This document shows, piece by piece, positions 51,442-61,771 of a stretch of DNA of 64,000 nucleotides (positions are counted from its first letter, which is position 1; each line of letters starts with the position of its first letter). The notes beneath the pieces are model-generated. The model saw only the letters and a program-made list of their open reading frames with translations. It was not told the origin of the DNA and ran no database searches. The DNA comes from Eledone cirrhosa (taxonomy: Eukaryota). Position numbers and translations under genes: made by a program. Location of the stretch: NCBI GenBank assembly GCA_964016885.1, contig OZ024761.1, forward strand, positions 17,422,001-17,486,000, written 5' to 3'.

Positions 51442-54100
51442 ATATATATATGTGTGTGTGTATGTATATATGTGTGAGTGTGTATATATATATATATATA
51501 TCTGTGTGTATATATATATCTGTGTGTTTATATATATTTATATGTGTATATATATAAAAAAAAAAATATATATATATGTATGTATATATATGCATGTCTG
51601 TGTATATGTATGTATATGTGCGTGTATGTATGTGTACACTTTGTGTGTGCGTATACATGTGTATGTGTGTATATGTATATATCTGTGTGTGATGATGATG
51701 ATGATATATATACATAATTAAACACATATACAGGGTAAAGACCCACTTTGGTCACAAATGGAGTTTGCACCTAGACACAAGTCCAAGCATGGTTTTTTGT
51801 GAAAGGTCAGCAGTCGCCCATGCATACCATTCTCCCTTCTCCACACCACCAATGTTGTCCAAAGGAAAGACAATGGCTGATACAGCTTGGCCCCAGCAAC
51901 GTCACAACTCATTTCTACAGTTGAGTGAACTGGAGCAACATCAAATAAAGTGTCTTGTTCAAGAACACAATGCAAAGCCCAGTCCAAGAATCGAACTCAC
52001 AACCTCATGATTGTAAGCCTGATGCTCTAACCACTAAGCCATACGCCTTCACAAACACATATATACATACATATATGTAATTATATACAACATTTATAAC
52101 AATCAAATTGTGTTTAAGGCATTTAATGGCCTACGATTGTTTCATCCAGATATAGGTCTGGAATCATCAGAGCATATAAAAGGTTAAAACAAATATAAAC
52201 CTTTTATATGCTCTGATGATTCCAGACGTAAATCTGGATGAAACGATCGTAAGCCATTAAATGCAATAAACACAATTTGATTGTTATTTATGTTGTATTT
52301 CTGCTCTGTATTATATCTGATATTTTACATTGAGCTACTTATCTTACTAGTAATCGGGTAATATACAATATTACCCTTATCTTATTTATATTTTTATATA
52401 TAAATATAACTATTACTATAATTATAAACATACATTTCCAACAGGATTTCGTGCTTCCTCTATTTGTTTCTCCATAATCAACTTCCTCCTTTCAAAAATC
52501 TCATCTTGGCTCAATGCAAATCTGGACAGCACCTATTGTAAACAATAACAACAATAATGATTTCTACTATAGGCACAAGGCCGGCAATTGGAGGAGAGGG
52601 GATAGTCGATTAAATCGACTCCAGTACTTGACTGGTACTTTATTTTATCAGATGAAAGGCAAAGTTGACCCCTGTGGGATGGGATGGTACTTTATTTTAT
52701 CAGATGAAAGGCAAAGTTGACCCCTGTGGGATGGGATGGTACTTTATTTTATCAGATGAAAGGCAAAGTTGACCCCTGTGGGATGGGATGGTACTTTATT
52801 TTATCAGATGAAAGGCAAAGTTGACCCCTGTGGGATGGGATGGTACTTTATTTTATCAGATGAAAGGCAAAGTTGACCCCTGTGGGATGGGATGGTACTT
52901 TATTTTATCAGATGAAAGGCAAAGTTGACCCCTGTGGGATGGGATGGTACTTTATTTTATCAGATGAAAGGCAAAGTTGACCCCTGTGGGATGGGATGGT
53001 ACTTTATTTTATCAGATGAAAGGCAAAGTTGACCCCTGTGGGATGGGATGGTACTTTATTTTATCAGATGAAAGGCAAAGTTGACCCCTGTGGGATGGGA
53101 TGGTACTTTATTTTATCAGATGAAAGGCAAAGTTGACCCCTGTGGGATGGGATATGAATGCAGAACACAGAGAATTAGAGCAAAGCAAATATTCAGGGTT
53201 GGTTTGGTATGGAAAGGTTCAAAACAGGGCAGACATAGAAATATGTTACCATGACAACATAGAAATATTATGCCATGGCAACATATAAGATTGAAAAGAA
53301 GTGCATTACCATGGCAAACAGCTTAGCCCCCTCATCCCCTATTTGGTTGCTCGCTAGTTCCAAGTCCAGCAGAGTTTGGTTCTTCCGCAGTGCCTGAAAA
53401 CAATATAAATATACATATATATATATGTATGTGTATATTATAAGTGTAAATATCTATATATCTATATCTATATATATATATATATGTAGAAGTTATATTT
53501 AATTTGTTGGGATACAACAAGCAAATATTTTTATAACTGATATAAAGCACTCAACAAATTTTTGGAGTAAAAATACAATATATTAATAAATGGAAACTAT
53601 ATTTATAAAACCATATTTATTTCATTATACATATTTCAAGGACACCAAAGCAAATTATGGTGCGCTTTCATCAGATAAAATATAATATAGATCAGTTTCA
53701 TAAACAAATATTGACATACCCTTAAAAGAATGCGACCATGTATGTTGGAAGCTCCCGGATAGTGGGGTTACTAATTGTATTATTGGTCTATTAAGCAAAT
53801 TAGTGTCGGAGAGGTTATATATATATATATCATCATCATCACCGTTTTGCGTCCATTCTTCTACGCTAACATGGGTTAGACAGGTTGTCATGTTGTGGAC
53901 AGTGTCCAGTCAGCTGACCTTGTCTTGGTCTTACGGGAACTGATTCTGGCTTGATTTCTACAGCTGGATGCCCTTCCTAACACCAACCTCATTTACAGTG
54001 AGTGCTGGGTGCTTTTTCGTGGCGCCTACACGTCCACTTTACAGTGGGAAGGGGGTGGGGGCATATAGTCTATATGCTTCAGCTTCGGCTTGTACCCGTG

Positions 54101-54134
<34 letters not shown>

Positions 54135-54384
54135 GGCAACACGGTAAAAACCTCCCAGCCCCACACTGTAAATGTGGTTGGTGTTAGGAAGGGCATCCAA
54201 CTGTAGAAAACCCGCCAGACAGTCCTATGCGAGCAAGTCAACCACTCTTGCCTCAAGTGGGAAAACCCCCGTCCAAACCCATGCAAGCATGGAACACGGA
54301 CGCTAAACCTGATGATGATGATGATGATGATGATATCATCATCATCATCATCATCGTTTAACGTCCATTTTCCACGCTAGCATG

Positions 54385-54442
<58 letters not shown>

Positions 54443-56714
54443 TTATAGATTTTCAATCTCATTTCATATTTTCATATATTCATAACCCCTCTTTCTGATG
54501 AGCAACCTAGACATATATTAATATTGTCTAGGGTCCTGAAACCTTTGGTAATGGAGTAGTTATATATTGTGTTGTTCACTTTCTAATTAAATAGCTCTGT
54601 TTTATACATAGAGCACTCCTTTTTCCTTTGCTTTTTCTTCGGAAATACTTAACACACACACACACACATATATATATATAAAGATATTCAAGGGGTATCA
54701 TCATATCTTTGACAAAGATGAAGAATACAGAGCATATTGGTGGATGTATGTATGTGGGAATCAAACTGCTGAAACAAGGTACTTACATGTGCAAGGTATT
54801 TAGCACCGACATCTGTGATGAAGTTTCCTGTGAGGTTGAGAGAGATGAGTTTTGCTTCAGTGTCATTGATGGCATGGGTGATACTTTCGAGGGAGTAGTC
54901 TGTGATTTGACAATGTCTCAGAGAAAGGAACTGGATGCTGCCAAAATAAGAATGTGTCAGAATCTCTGTAGATTGTCTTTATCATAGAAGTATTTACTTT
55001 AACCCTCTTTTCTTACCATATTTGGAACATACATTAACCCCTTTCATTATCATATTTGGAACATACCTTAACCCCTCTCATTACCATATTTGGAACATAC
55101 CTTAATCCCTCTCATTACCATATTTGGAACATACCTTAATCCCTCTCATTACCATATTTGGAACATACCTTAATCCCTCTCATTACCATATTTGGAACAT
55201 ACCTTAATCCCTCTCATTACCATATTTGGAACATACCTTAACCCCTCTCATTACCATATTTGGAACATACCTTAATCCCTCTCATTACCATATTTGGAAC
55301 ATACCTTAATCCCTCTCATTACCATATTTGGAACATACCTTAATCCCTCTCATTACCATATTTGGAACATACCTTAATCCCTCTCATTACCATATTTGGA
55401 ACATACCTTAATCCCTCTCATTACCATATTTGGTACATATTTTAACCCTTTTCATTGCTTGTTTGGAACATACTTTAATAATCCCGTCATTACCATATTT
55501 AGAACATACTTTAGCCCCATTCATGATCATATTTCTAAGGAGACACTATCCCCGCCCTCCTTATTTCAACCTCCTCTATTATTTGGGACCCAAGTGTATA
55601 TATTTATATATATACATATCATCATCATCATCATCATCATCATCGTTTAACGTCCGTGTTCCACGCTTGCATGGGTTTGGACGGGGGTTTTCCCACTTGA
55701 GGCAAGAGTGATTGTCTTGCTCGCATAGGACTGTCTGGCGGGTTTTCTACAGCTGGATGCCCTTCCTAACACCAACCACATTTACAGTGTGGGGCTGGGA
55801 GGTTTTTACCGTGTTGCCTACATGGCCACATTACAGCGTGGACTGTCTGGTGGGTTTTCTACAGCTGGATGCCCTTCCTAACACCAACCACATATATATA
55901 TATATACTTTATATATATATATATATATATAGCAGATAATTGATATTCTTTGTATGGTAGTTTGATGAAAAGAATAATGCCATGATTGAGTTGTTTACAA
56001 CGTTTATTTTATAACAACAATATTCACTTTGAACATCGAGTAATAATATTTATGACATGAATTATCCCTAAATTATTTAGTTGACTAACTTCTACGAGTT
56101 AGCGTAAATGCATGTATCACAGAAAACGATATAGTAAAAGTTGTGTTGTATCTTACGGATACAATATGACAGGAAGAATAGAATGAGCGTAGAATGTAAA
56201 CAAATCAAACTTACTATGTGTGTGTGTGAGTGTGTATATATCCTTAGAGACTACTACTTCATGTCCAGCTTTTTGGCTGTGTCTGTGGTCAATAAGATGA
56301 GAGCCAATAAGGGCTAGGGGAGAGATAGAGTAAAAGGTTTGCTACATCGTGATCACTCGCTGACTGTTGCTTCAGGTCTGTCTAGTTGTGTCTGTGGCCA
56401 ATAAGGTGGAAGCCAGGAATTTAGTTATGGCAGTAGACTGCTACATCGTAGACTGTAGACTGCCATGACTAAATTATAACCATCAACATAGTCAAGGTAT
56501 GTCAGGCATCAACTTATTTTATCTGATGAGGATGTACTATTGAAATAGGTCAGTACCTCTGAAATATGTATAATAAAATATATTTGATCACATGAATGTC
56601 TATATTTATTAATATTTTGAAGTAATATTAATAACTCCAGAAAACCTACTGTAGAGTGCTTCTAATCTATTGTGAAACTTTATTCATTGATGAATTCATT
56701 GAACCTTGTTAAAC

Positions 56715-56788
<74 letters not shown>

Positions 56789-59338
56789 GTAGAGCGAGAG
56801 ATGAACATATAGACAGATAGAGATAAGGTATCATGTAAAAAACATTAAAGAAATAAAGAAATTAATGAAAAAGTATAGAAAAATCTCTCACTTGCTGTCT
56901 TTCTGAAGTAGTTCTCCATAATTAGAATATTTGATGTAATTAGCATCAATGTAAAGCTTCCTGCGGTTAACGAACAAACAAACGAAGATGAAGAAGTATT
57001 TTAGTGACTAGTGATAACAAAGGTGTGTGGAGGGAGGAGAAAGAGACAGTGTAACTGTTGTTTAATTTTCATAAAGGAGCACAATGTGTGTGTGTGAGGA
57101 GGGGGGTGTAATAAAAGCAAGGAAAATACGATCGGCAGATTAGACCAAGTAAACAATGTTTCTATGGAACTTTCCATTACTAATACTATCTGTTGGTCTC
57201 AATTCTTGGCAGAATAAAGGAGCTGATTGTCTAAGGAAACTATATTTCTATTGAACTTTCCATTGCTGATTCTGTCTATTTGTCTCAATTCTTCACAGAA
57301 GAAAGGAGCTGACCATCAGATTAGGCCAAGGAAACTATATTTTCACTGTTCTTGTTTTTATTGCTGATATAGTCTCAATTCTTTCCAGAAGTGTCACCAC
57401 TTTTCCTGTGACAGGAGACAGGAATTGAACTCAGCGCACACAGTCAGGACAGATACCACAAACCCTAACAACTCTGCCAATCAGCTGTCACTTCCTGGAC
57501 TGGGATTTTATGTACGAGGGTCGGCTGAAAAGTTCATTGGCTGACTATGAAAGAGTGATGCTAGAGCTGTGAAATCTTGCATGCATTAATTTCAACTCTT
57601 CTTATTAATAACTGCATTGTTTCTTTCCATGGACTATGTTGTAAAAATAAACCACATTTGGCAATTCTATGAGAGTATCTTGGTTAGCCTATGAACTGTT
57701 CACCCGACCCTCGTATCAGTTCTGAAAGAGTGAAAGGCAAAGTTGACTCAGGTGTAATTTGAACTTGGAACACACAGAGCTGGAATAGATATTGCAAAGC
57801 ATCCCATCCAATTCTCTAACGATTCTGCCCATCCAGTGACCCTGGATTGAAAGGCAAAGTTGACCTACGCATAATTTGAACTCAATTCAGCATCCCTTGA
57901 AATGTTAAATAGTGAAAGATGTACGACTTACTTGAGGTTGACACACTTGGGAAGGAACGAGGCCAGAGTTGAGATGGAGCTCTGATCAAGTCCTGCATTC
58001 CAAAAACTGTTGAATTGAGAGATAGATAGATAAATATGTAGATAGATTAATAGAAAGGCAGATAAATAGATAGGTAGATAGATAGATTTCTTTATTAGCC
58101 ACAAGGGCGCAACAAGAAAGGGGACAATACAAAGACATGCCGGGGATTTTACATACAGTCGTGTAAAAAATATAAAAACAAACAATTTCAACAATCGAAA
58201 TCCCCAATAGGGGGGAGGCGCCACAAATGGGTTGTTTAATACCCCGTCGATAGAACAACCCTCAACTCAAGGAGCGTGTTGTGCAAGTGCTCCTTTCTTC
58301 CTTTTGCTCTCTTCCTCAACCTACAGGCTTATAAACAGAGAAGGCCCAATCACTCGGGCCATTTTCGCTTCATTCACCCACCTTTCAGTAAATTTACTGG
58401 GGTGCAGTGCCTCTCTCTCCACCCTGATTCTCCTTCTAAAGTGATACTTGATAGGTAGATAGATAGATAGATAGATAGATATATCTTACAAATATTATCC
58501 ACAACCAGACAATTCCCTTTTTTTAATTCTTAGACAAAACATGAAATGTCTTTACCAATACGATAAACTAGCACTAGGTTGTCCAAGCGTGATACACCCC
58601 ACAAACCTCTGCTTCCTGTTTACACCATAACATGTTTTTGACTGACCAATACACTTTCCAAAACGCACCCATGTGCGCACACACACACATACACACACGA
58701 ATCCTTAATTGCTTGCACGGTCACATAAACACGCACATAAATATCGATGAATACACACCCGCATTGCTGCCCCACCAATTACACCAAAATACACGCACAC
58801 ACACCCATACACAAAAAAATAGGGCCAATGCCTATATATATATATATATATATATACCTTCTCGGCCCACATACCACAACAAAAATATATTTTTTTGTCA
58901 CATCACCAGTCTGAGGAGCAGATCGATACTGGAGTCAGGTCCATAACTCCTATGAGTCACCTTGAGCCACTCCTCTGAAACACGTGTAACAGGTTGATAC
59001 GCAATAAATATTTTTCATATGTAAACAAAACTTCCCTGTTTTTTCTATTATATACACTGTGGCCGTGCATAGAGTACTTGATTTGGTACCAACACCAGTA
59101 TTTCACCATACTACCTATACTATAGAAACGATCGTTAAATAATGAACTTTTTTTGTTTAATATAAGGAACTGTTTCATTGTTTTATTCATTATTTTTTTA
59201 ATATTTTATCTTGACTCTGTTTTCCGTTTATCTTTCACCGAAAGTGATTTTTGAATGCATCTCTTCTTTCCATGATATCCGGATTACATTGAGTTCTTCA
59301 TACGGATTGGACACTACCGTAAACTCTTGGTAGATTTA

Positions 59339-59396
<58 letters not shown>

Positions 59397-61614
59397 TCTT
59401 TATTAGCCACAGGGGCACAAAAGAAGGGGACAAATACAAAGGGATAAGTTTACATACAATAAAAACGTGTAAAATATTATCACAAATGCAATTTAAAAAT
59501 TAATCGATTTTCCCCAATAGGGGGAGACATTACATATGGGTAACACATACCCCCGAAAAAAAAATGTGCAACCCTCATCTCCAGGCGTACAAAGAGTTTG
59601 TACCCCTTTCCTCTCCTCCTCTTTTTCCTGGGTAGATAGGTAGATAGGTAGACAGATAGATAGGCAGGTAGATAGAGAGGGCAACAGATAAATAGATAGA
59701 TAGATGGGTAGATAGATAGATAGGTAGGTAGATAGATATATTTCTTTATTAGCCACAAGGGCGCACAAGAAAAGGGGACAATATAAATAGGTAGATAGAT
59801 AGTCAAGGCAGAGAGACAGACAGGTATATATATATATAAATAAATAGGTTGAGAGAGAGAGAGAGATGGGGTGAAAGAGATAAATAGATAGACAGAGAAA
59901 TAGATGAGTAGATAGAGAAATATATATCATTTCATCATCATTTCATTTTAAGTCCGCTTTTTCCCTGCTTGCAAGGGTGGGATGGGAACTGATTCTGGCT
60001 TGATTTCTACAGCTGGATACCCTTCCTAACACCAACCTCATTTAGAGTGAGTGCTGGGTGCTTTTTTTGCCATGGCACCTACACAACCACTTTGCAGTGG
60101 AATGATAAGGACCCCAGTCCCTATCATCTCATTTCTACAGCTGAGTAAACTGGAGCAATGTGAAATAAAGTGTCTTGCTCAAGGAAACAACACATCACCC
60201 GGTCTGAGAATTGAACTCACAACCTTTCGATTGCAAGCCCAATGTTCTAACCACTAAGCCATGTGCCTCCTATAATATATCATCATTTCATTTTACGTCC
60301 GCTTTTCCCTGCTTGCAAGGGTGGGACGGGAACTGATTCTGGCTTGATTTCTATAGCTGGATGCCCTTCCTAACACCAACCTCATTTACAGTGAGTGCTG
60401 GGTGCTTTTTTGCCATGGCACCTCCACGACCACTTTACAGTGGAATGATAGGGACCTCAGTCCCTATCATCTCATTTCTACAGCTGAGTAAACTGGAGCA
60501 ATGTGAAATATTGCTCCAGTTTATATAAATAAATAGGTTGAGAGATGGGGGTGAAAGAGATAAATAGATAGACAGAGAAATAGATCAGTAGATAGATAGA
60601 GAAATATATATAGATAAATAAATAAGTAGATAGGTAGATAGACTAACAGACATGACAGAGAGAGAGAGGCAGACAGATGGACTGATACAGACAAAGAGGT
60701 CATCACACTCAGCAAGCAATGCTCTCTGTGTGTGTTACTCCAAATATATGAATACACTTCACCTGATAAATGACAGCCTCTCCATGGCAACCCAACATTT
60801 CTGAAAGATTTTCAAATATTTATCGTCCACTTTCCAGCCTGTCAATAGGTGAGAAATAGAGAACAGACTAACAGACAGACAAAGTTGAAAGTTGGGGTCT
60901 TATTTCACATTATATTTACTTGTAATGATAATTGTTTCTACTTTTGGCACAAGGCCAGTAATTATTCCAGTGTATTACTGGTACTTTATTTTATCGACCC
61001 CCGTAAGGATGAAAGGCAAAGTTAACCTCGGCGGGATTTGAACTCAGATCATAAAGGGCCGTAACTCTATGCGTCAAAGCATGGAGTTACGGCCCTTTAT
61101 GATCTGAGTTCAAATCCTGCCGAAGTTAACTAACTTTGCCTTGTAATGATAATAATTATGAATTTACTTATAATGATAATGATTATTAATTGATGGTGGT
61201 GGTAGTGATGGTAGTGGAGGTGGTGATGGTAGTGGTTGGGGTGATGGTGGTAATAGTAGTGGGGTGGGGGTGGGGGATAGTGGAAATGGTAATGGTGGTT
61301 GTGGTGGTGGTGATGGCAATGGTGATTGTAGTAGTGGTGGTGTTGGTGATAATGATAGTAATGGTGGTGATGATGGTTGTGGTAATGATGATGATGACTG
61401 TGATGATGAGGATAATGGTGATGATGATGATGATGATAATGGTCGTGGTGGTCATAATGATGGTGAAGATGTTGGTGATATAATTTACCTCGTATGTATA
61501 TCTCTGACACAGTCTCGGGTCTCTCCTTAACCTCTATCTCGTACTGGATCCGAGGTTTAAAATAGTCGTACCCCTCTCTTAAGATGAACGTCTTTGGTGG
61601 GGCTTCCCCATTGT
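37277..61614 (-). CDS. LRRC71: Leucine-rich repeat-containing protein 71-like, 5'-partial, 14 exons in window (1406 nt)
   Basis: Exons 61489-61614, 60763-60838, 57932-58006, 56892-56960, 54787-54937, 53310-53393, 52434-52532, 49044-49166, 47543-47750, 41756-41785, 40220-40269, 39095-39188, 37550-37668, 37277-37378 are all GT-AG and phase-compatible. Peptides FKPRIQ..EIYIRGWKV, RI-type LRRs, [30 protein letters not shown] and LMANRDP are colinear with vertebrate LRRC71 as recalled. Confidence 0.9.
37550..37668 (-). CDS. LRRC71: LRRC71 exon ([19 protein letters not shown]...PGLVSLKIK)
   Basis: CAG/GTGAGT, phase 1->0. Confidence 0.88.
39095..39188 (-). CDS. LRRC71: LRRC71 exon ([31 protein letters not shown])
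   Basis: CAG/GTGAGT; GNKVL..L.L motif. Confidence 0.88.
40220..40269 (-). CDS. LRRC71: LRRC71 exon ([16 protein letters not shown])
   Basis: TAG/GTAATT, phase 1->0, needed to connect frames. Confidence 0.72.
40460..41463 (+). mobile_element. Degenerate RTE LINE 3' fragment
   Basis: [28 protein letters not shown] and GRPRKTW split by frameshifts; (GAT)n tail. Confidence 0.88.
41756..41785 (-). CDS. LRRC71: LRRC71 30-nt microexon ([10 protein letters not shown])
   Basis: Long pyrimidine tract + TAG, GTAAGT donor, symmetric phase 1->1. Confidence 0.65.
44307..44640 (+). mobile_element. tRNA-derived SINE with RTE-like tail (copies on - at 39510-39840, 51020-51325, 59935-60270, 60280-60510)
   Basis: tRNA-like head with A/B boxes (TGGCTTAATGTTAG / GAGTTCAATTC), central CCTTGAGCAAGACACTT, tail GCAGGGAAAAGCGGACG(ATG)n. 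Confidence 0.8.
44862..46092 (+). mobile_element. Possible non-autonomous Helitron
   Basis: 5' TACTATATAAA...TCTGTCTGTCTGT and 3' ...GGGTACTGCAGCTAG end, in AT-rich context. Confidence 0.45.
46310..47065 (+). mobile_element. Degenerate RTE LINE 3' fragment, second subfamily with short 3' UTR
   Basis: [30 protein letters not shown]; tail CCGTCCAACCCTTG..CAGGGAAAAGCGGACG(ATG)n. Confidence 0.88.
47543..47750 (-). CDS. LRRC71: LRRC71 exon, low-complexity ([26 protein letters not shown]...TLSKK)
   Basis: CAG acceptor, GTAAAT donor, phase 0->1; 3' boundary less certain. Confidence 0.75.
47780..48200. repeat. 17-18 bp minisatellite
   Basis: CTGGGGTACATTGTAAGA variants. Confidence 0.9.
48320..48515. 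mobile_element. piggyBac-like MITE (similar copy at 26394-26597)
   Basis: TTAA|CCCTTTAACATT ... AATGTTAAAGGG|TTAA. Confidence 0.65.
49044..49166 (-). CDS. LRRC71: LRRC71 exon, Lys/Arg-rich ([12 protein letters not shown]...[10 protein letters not shown])
   Basis: TAG/GTAAG, phase 0->0, open frame. Confidence 0.8.
49347..50890 (+). mobile_element. 5'-truncated RTE-clade LINE (partial reverse transcriptase, PHD-like finger, C-terminal domain, (GAT)n tail), antisense in an LRRC71 intron
   Basis: ORF 49287-50564 contains [28 protein letters not shown] and [11 protein letters not shown] motifs; bounded by (TA)n on both sides. Confidence 0.93.
52096..52287. mobile_element. Inverted pair of Penelope-like ends, each with a hammerhead motif
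   Basis: CTGATGA at 52213(+) with TCCAGA/TCTGGA stem II and GAAA-CGATCG-TA; mirror copy at 52164-52170(-). Confidence 0.7.
52434..52532 (-). CDS. LRRC71: LRRC71 exon ([33 protein letters not shown])
   Basis: TAG/GTATGT, phase 0->0. Confidence 0.9.
52634..53153. repeat. 10 x 52-bp tandem repeat derived from the SINE core
   Basis: GGTACTTTATTTTATCAGATGAAAGGCAAAGTTGACCCCTGTGGGATGGGAT. Confidence 0.95.
53310..53393 (-). CDS. LRRC71: LRRC71 exon ([28 protein letters not shown])
   Basis: CAG/GTAATG; 84-nt single-LRR exon. Confidence 0.92.
53617..53683 (-). ncRNA. Hammerhead motif, sense orientation in an LRRC71 intron
   Basis: Same family as the 7751 copy; TATTTTAT-CTGATGA-aagcgcacca...tggtgtcctt-GAAA-TATGTA-TA. 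Confidence 0.65.
54488..54557 (+). ncRNA. Hammerhead motif
   Basis: CTGATGA at 54495; stem II CCTAGACA/TGTCTAGG; GAAA-CCTTTGG-TA. Confidence 0.55.
54787..54937 (-). CDS. LRRC71: LRRC71 exon ([13 protein letters not shown]...[21 protein letters not shown])
   Basis: CAG/GTAAGT; two RI-type LRRs. Confidence 0.92.
55000..55520. repeat. 34-bp minisatellite
   Basis: TTACCATATTTGGAACATACCTTAATCCCTCTCA. Confidence 0.95.
56515..56580 (+). ncRNA. Hammerhead motif
   Basis: TATTTTAT-CTGATGA(56523)-ggatGTACT...AGTACctct-GAAA-TATGTA-TA-ATAAAATA (8-bp stem I). Confidence 0.7.
56892..56960 (-). CDS. LRRC71: LRRC71 exon ([22 protein letters not shown])
   Basis: CAG/GTGAG, phase 2->2. Confidence 0.87.
57515..57713. 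mobile_element. Mariner-type MITE, 199 bp, TA target duplication
   Basis: TA|CGAGGGTCGGCTGAAAAGTTC ... GAACTGTTCACCCGACCCTCG|TA; interrupts a SINE. Confidence 0.8.
57932..58006 (-). CDS. LRRC71: LRRC71 exon ([24 protein letters not shown])
   Basis: CAG/GTAAG, phase 2->2; LRR. Confidence 0.88.
58087..58445 (-). mobile_element. L1/Tx1-like LINE 3' end inserted in (GATA)n; related ends at 59395-59630 and 59740-59790
   Basis: Minus translation [30 protein letters not shown]...*, then a UTR ending GGCTAATAAAGAAA fused to microsatellite. Confidence 0.6.
60763..60838 (-). CDS. LRRC71: LRRC71 exon ([25 protein letters not shown])
   Basis: CAG/GTGAAG, phase 1->2. Confidence 0.88.
61489..61614 (-). 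CDS. LRRC71: LRRC71 exon ([41 protein letters not shown])
   Basis: CAG/GTAAAT, phase 1->1. Confidence 0.88.
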
Positions 61615-61771
61615 CTGAAATAGAGGGGGGTTTCAGATGTAGAGACTGTATGGAGCAGAGTGGAATGGAACAGAGAGGAGTGTTTCCACCCCCCCATTTA
61701 GCCTATAGCAGATAGGACTGACCGACAAATGAACTGAGCCAACATAGGATAGAGAGGACCTCACAGCCTCT

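Noticed and set aside
61130-61488. Poly-His ORF in frame with an LRRC71 exon
   Set aside because: Intronic CAC/CAT trinucleotide tract after a good GTAAAT donor; open frame is a compositional artefact
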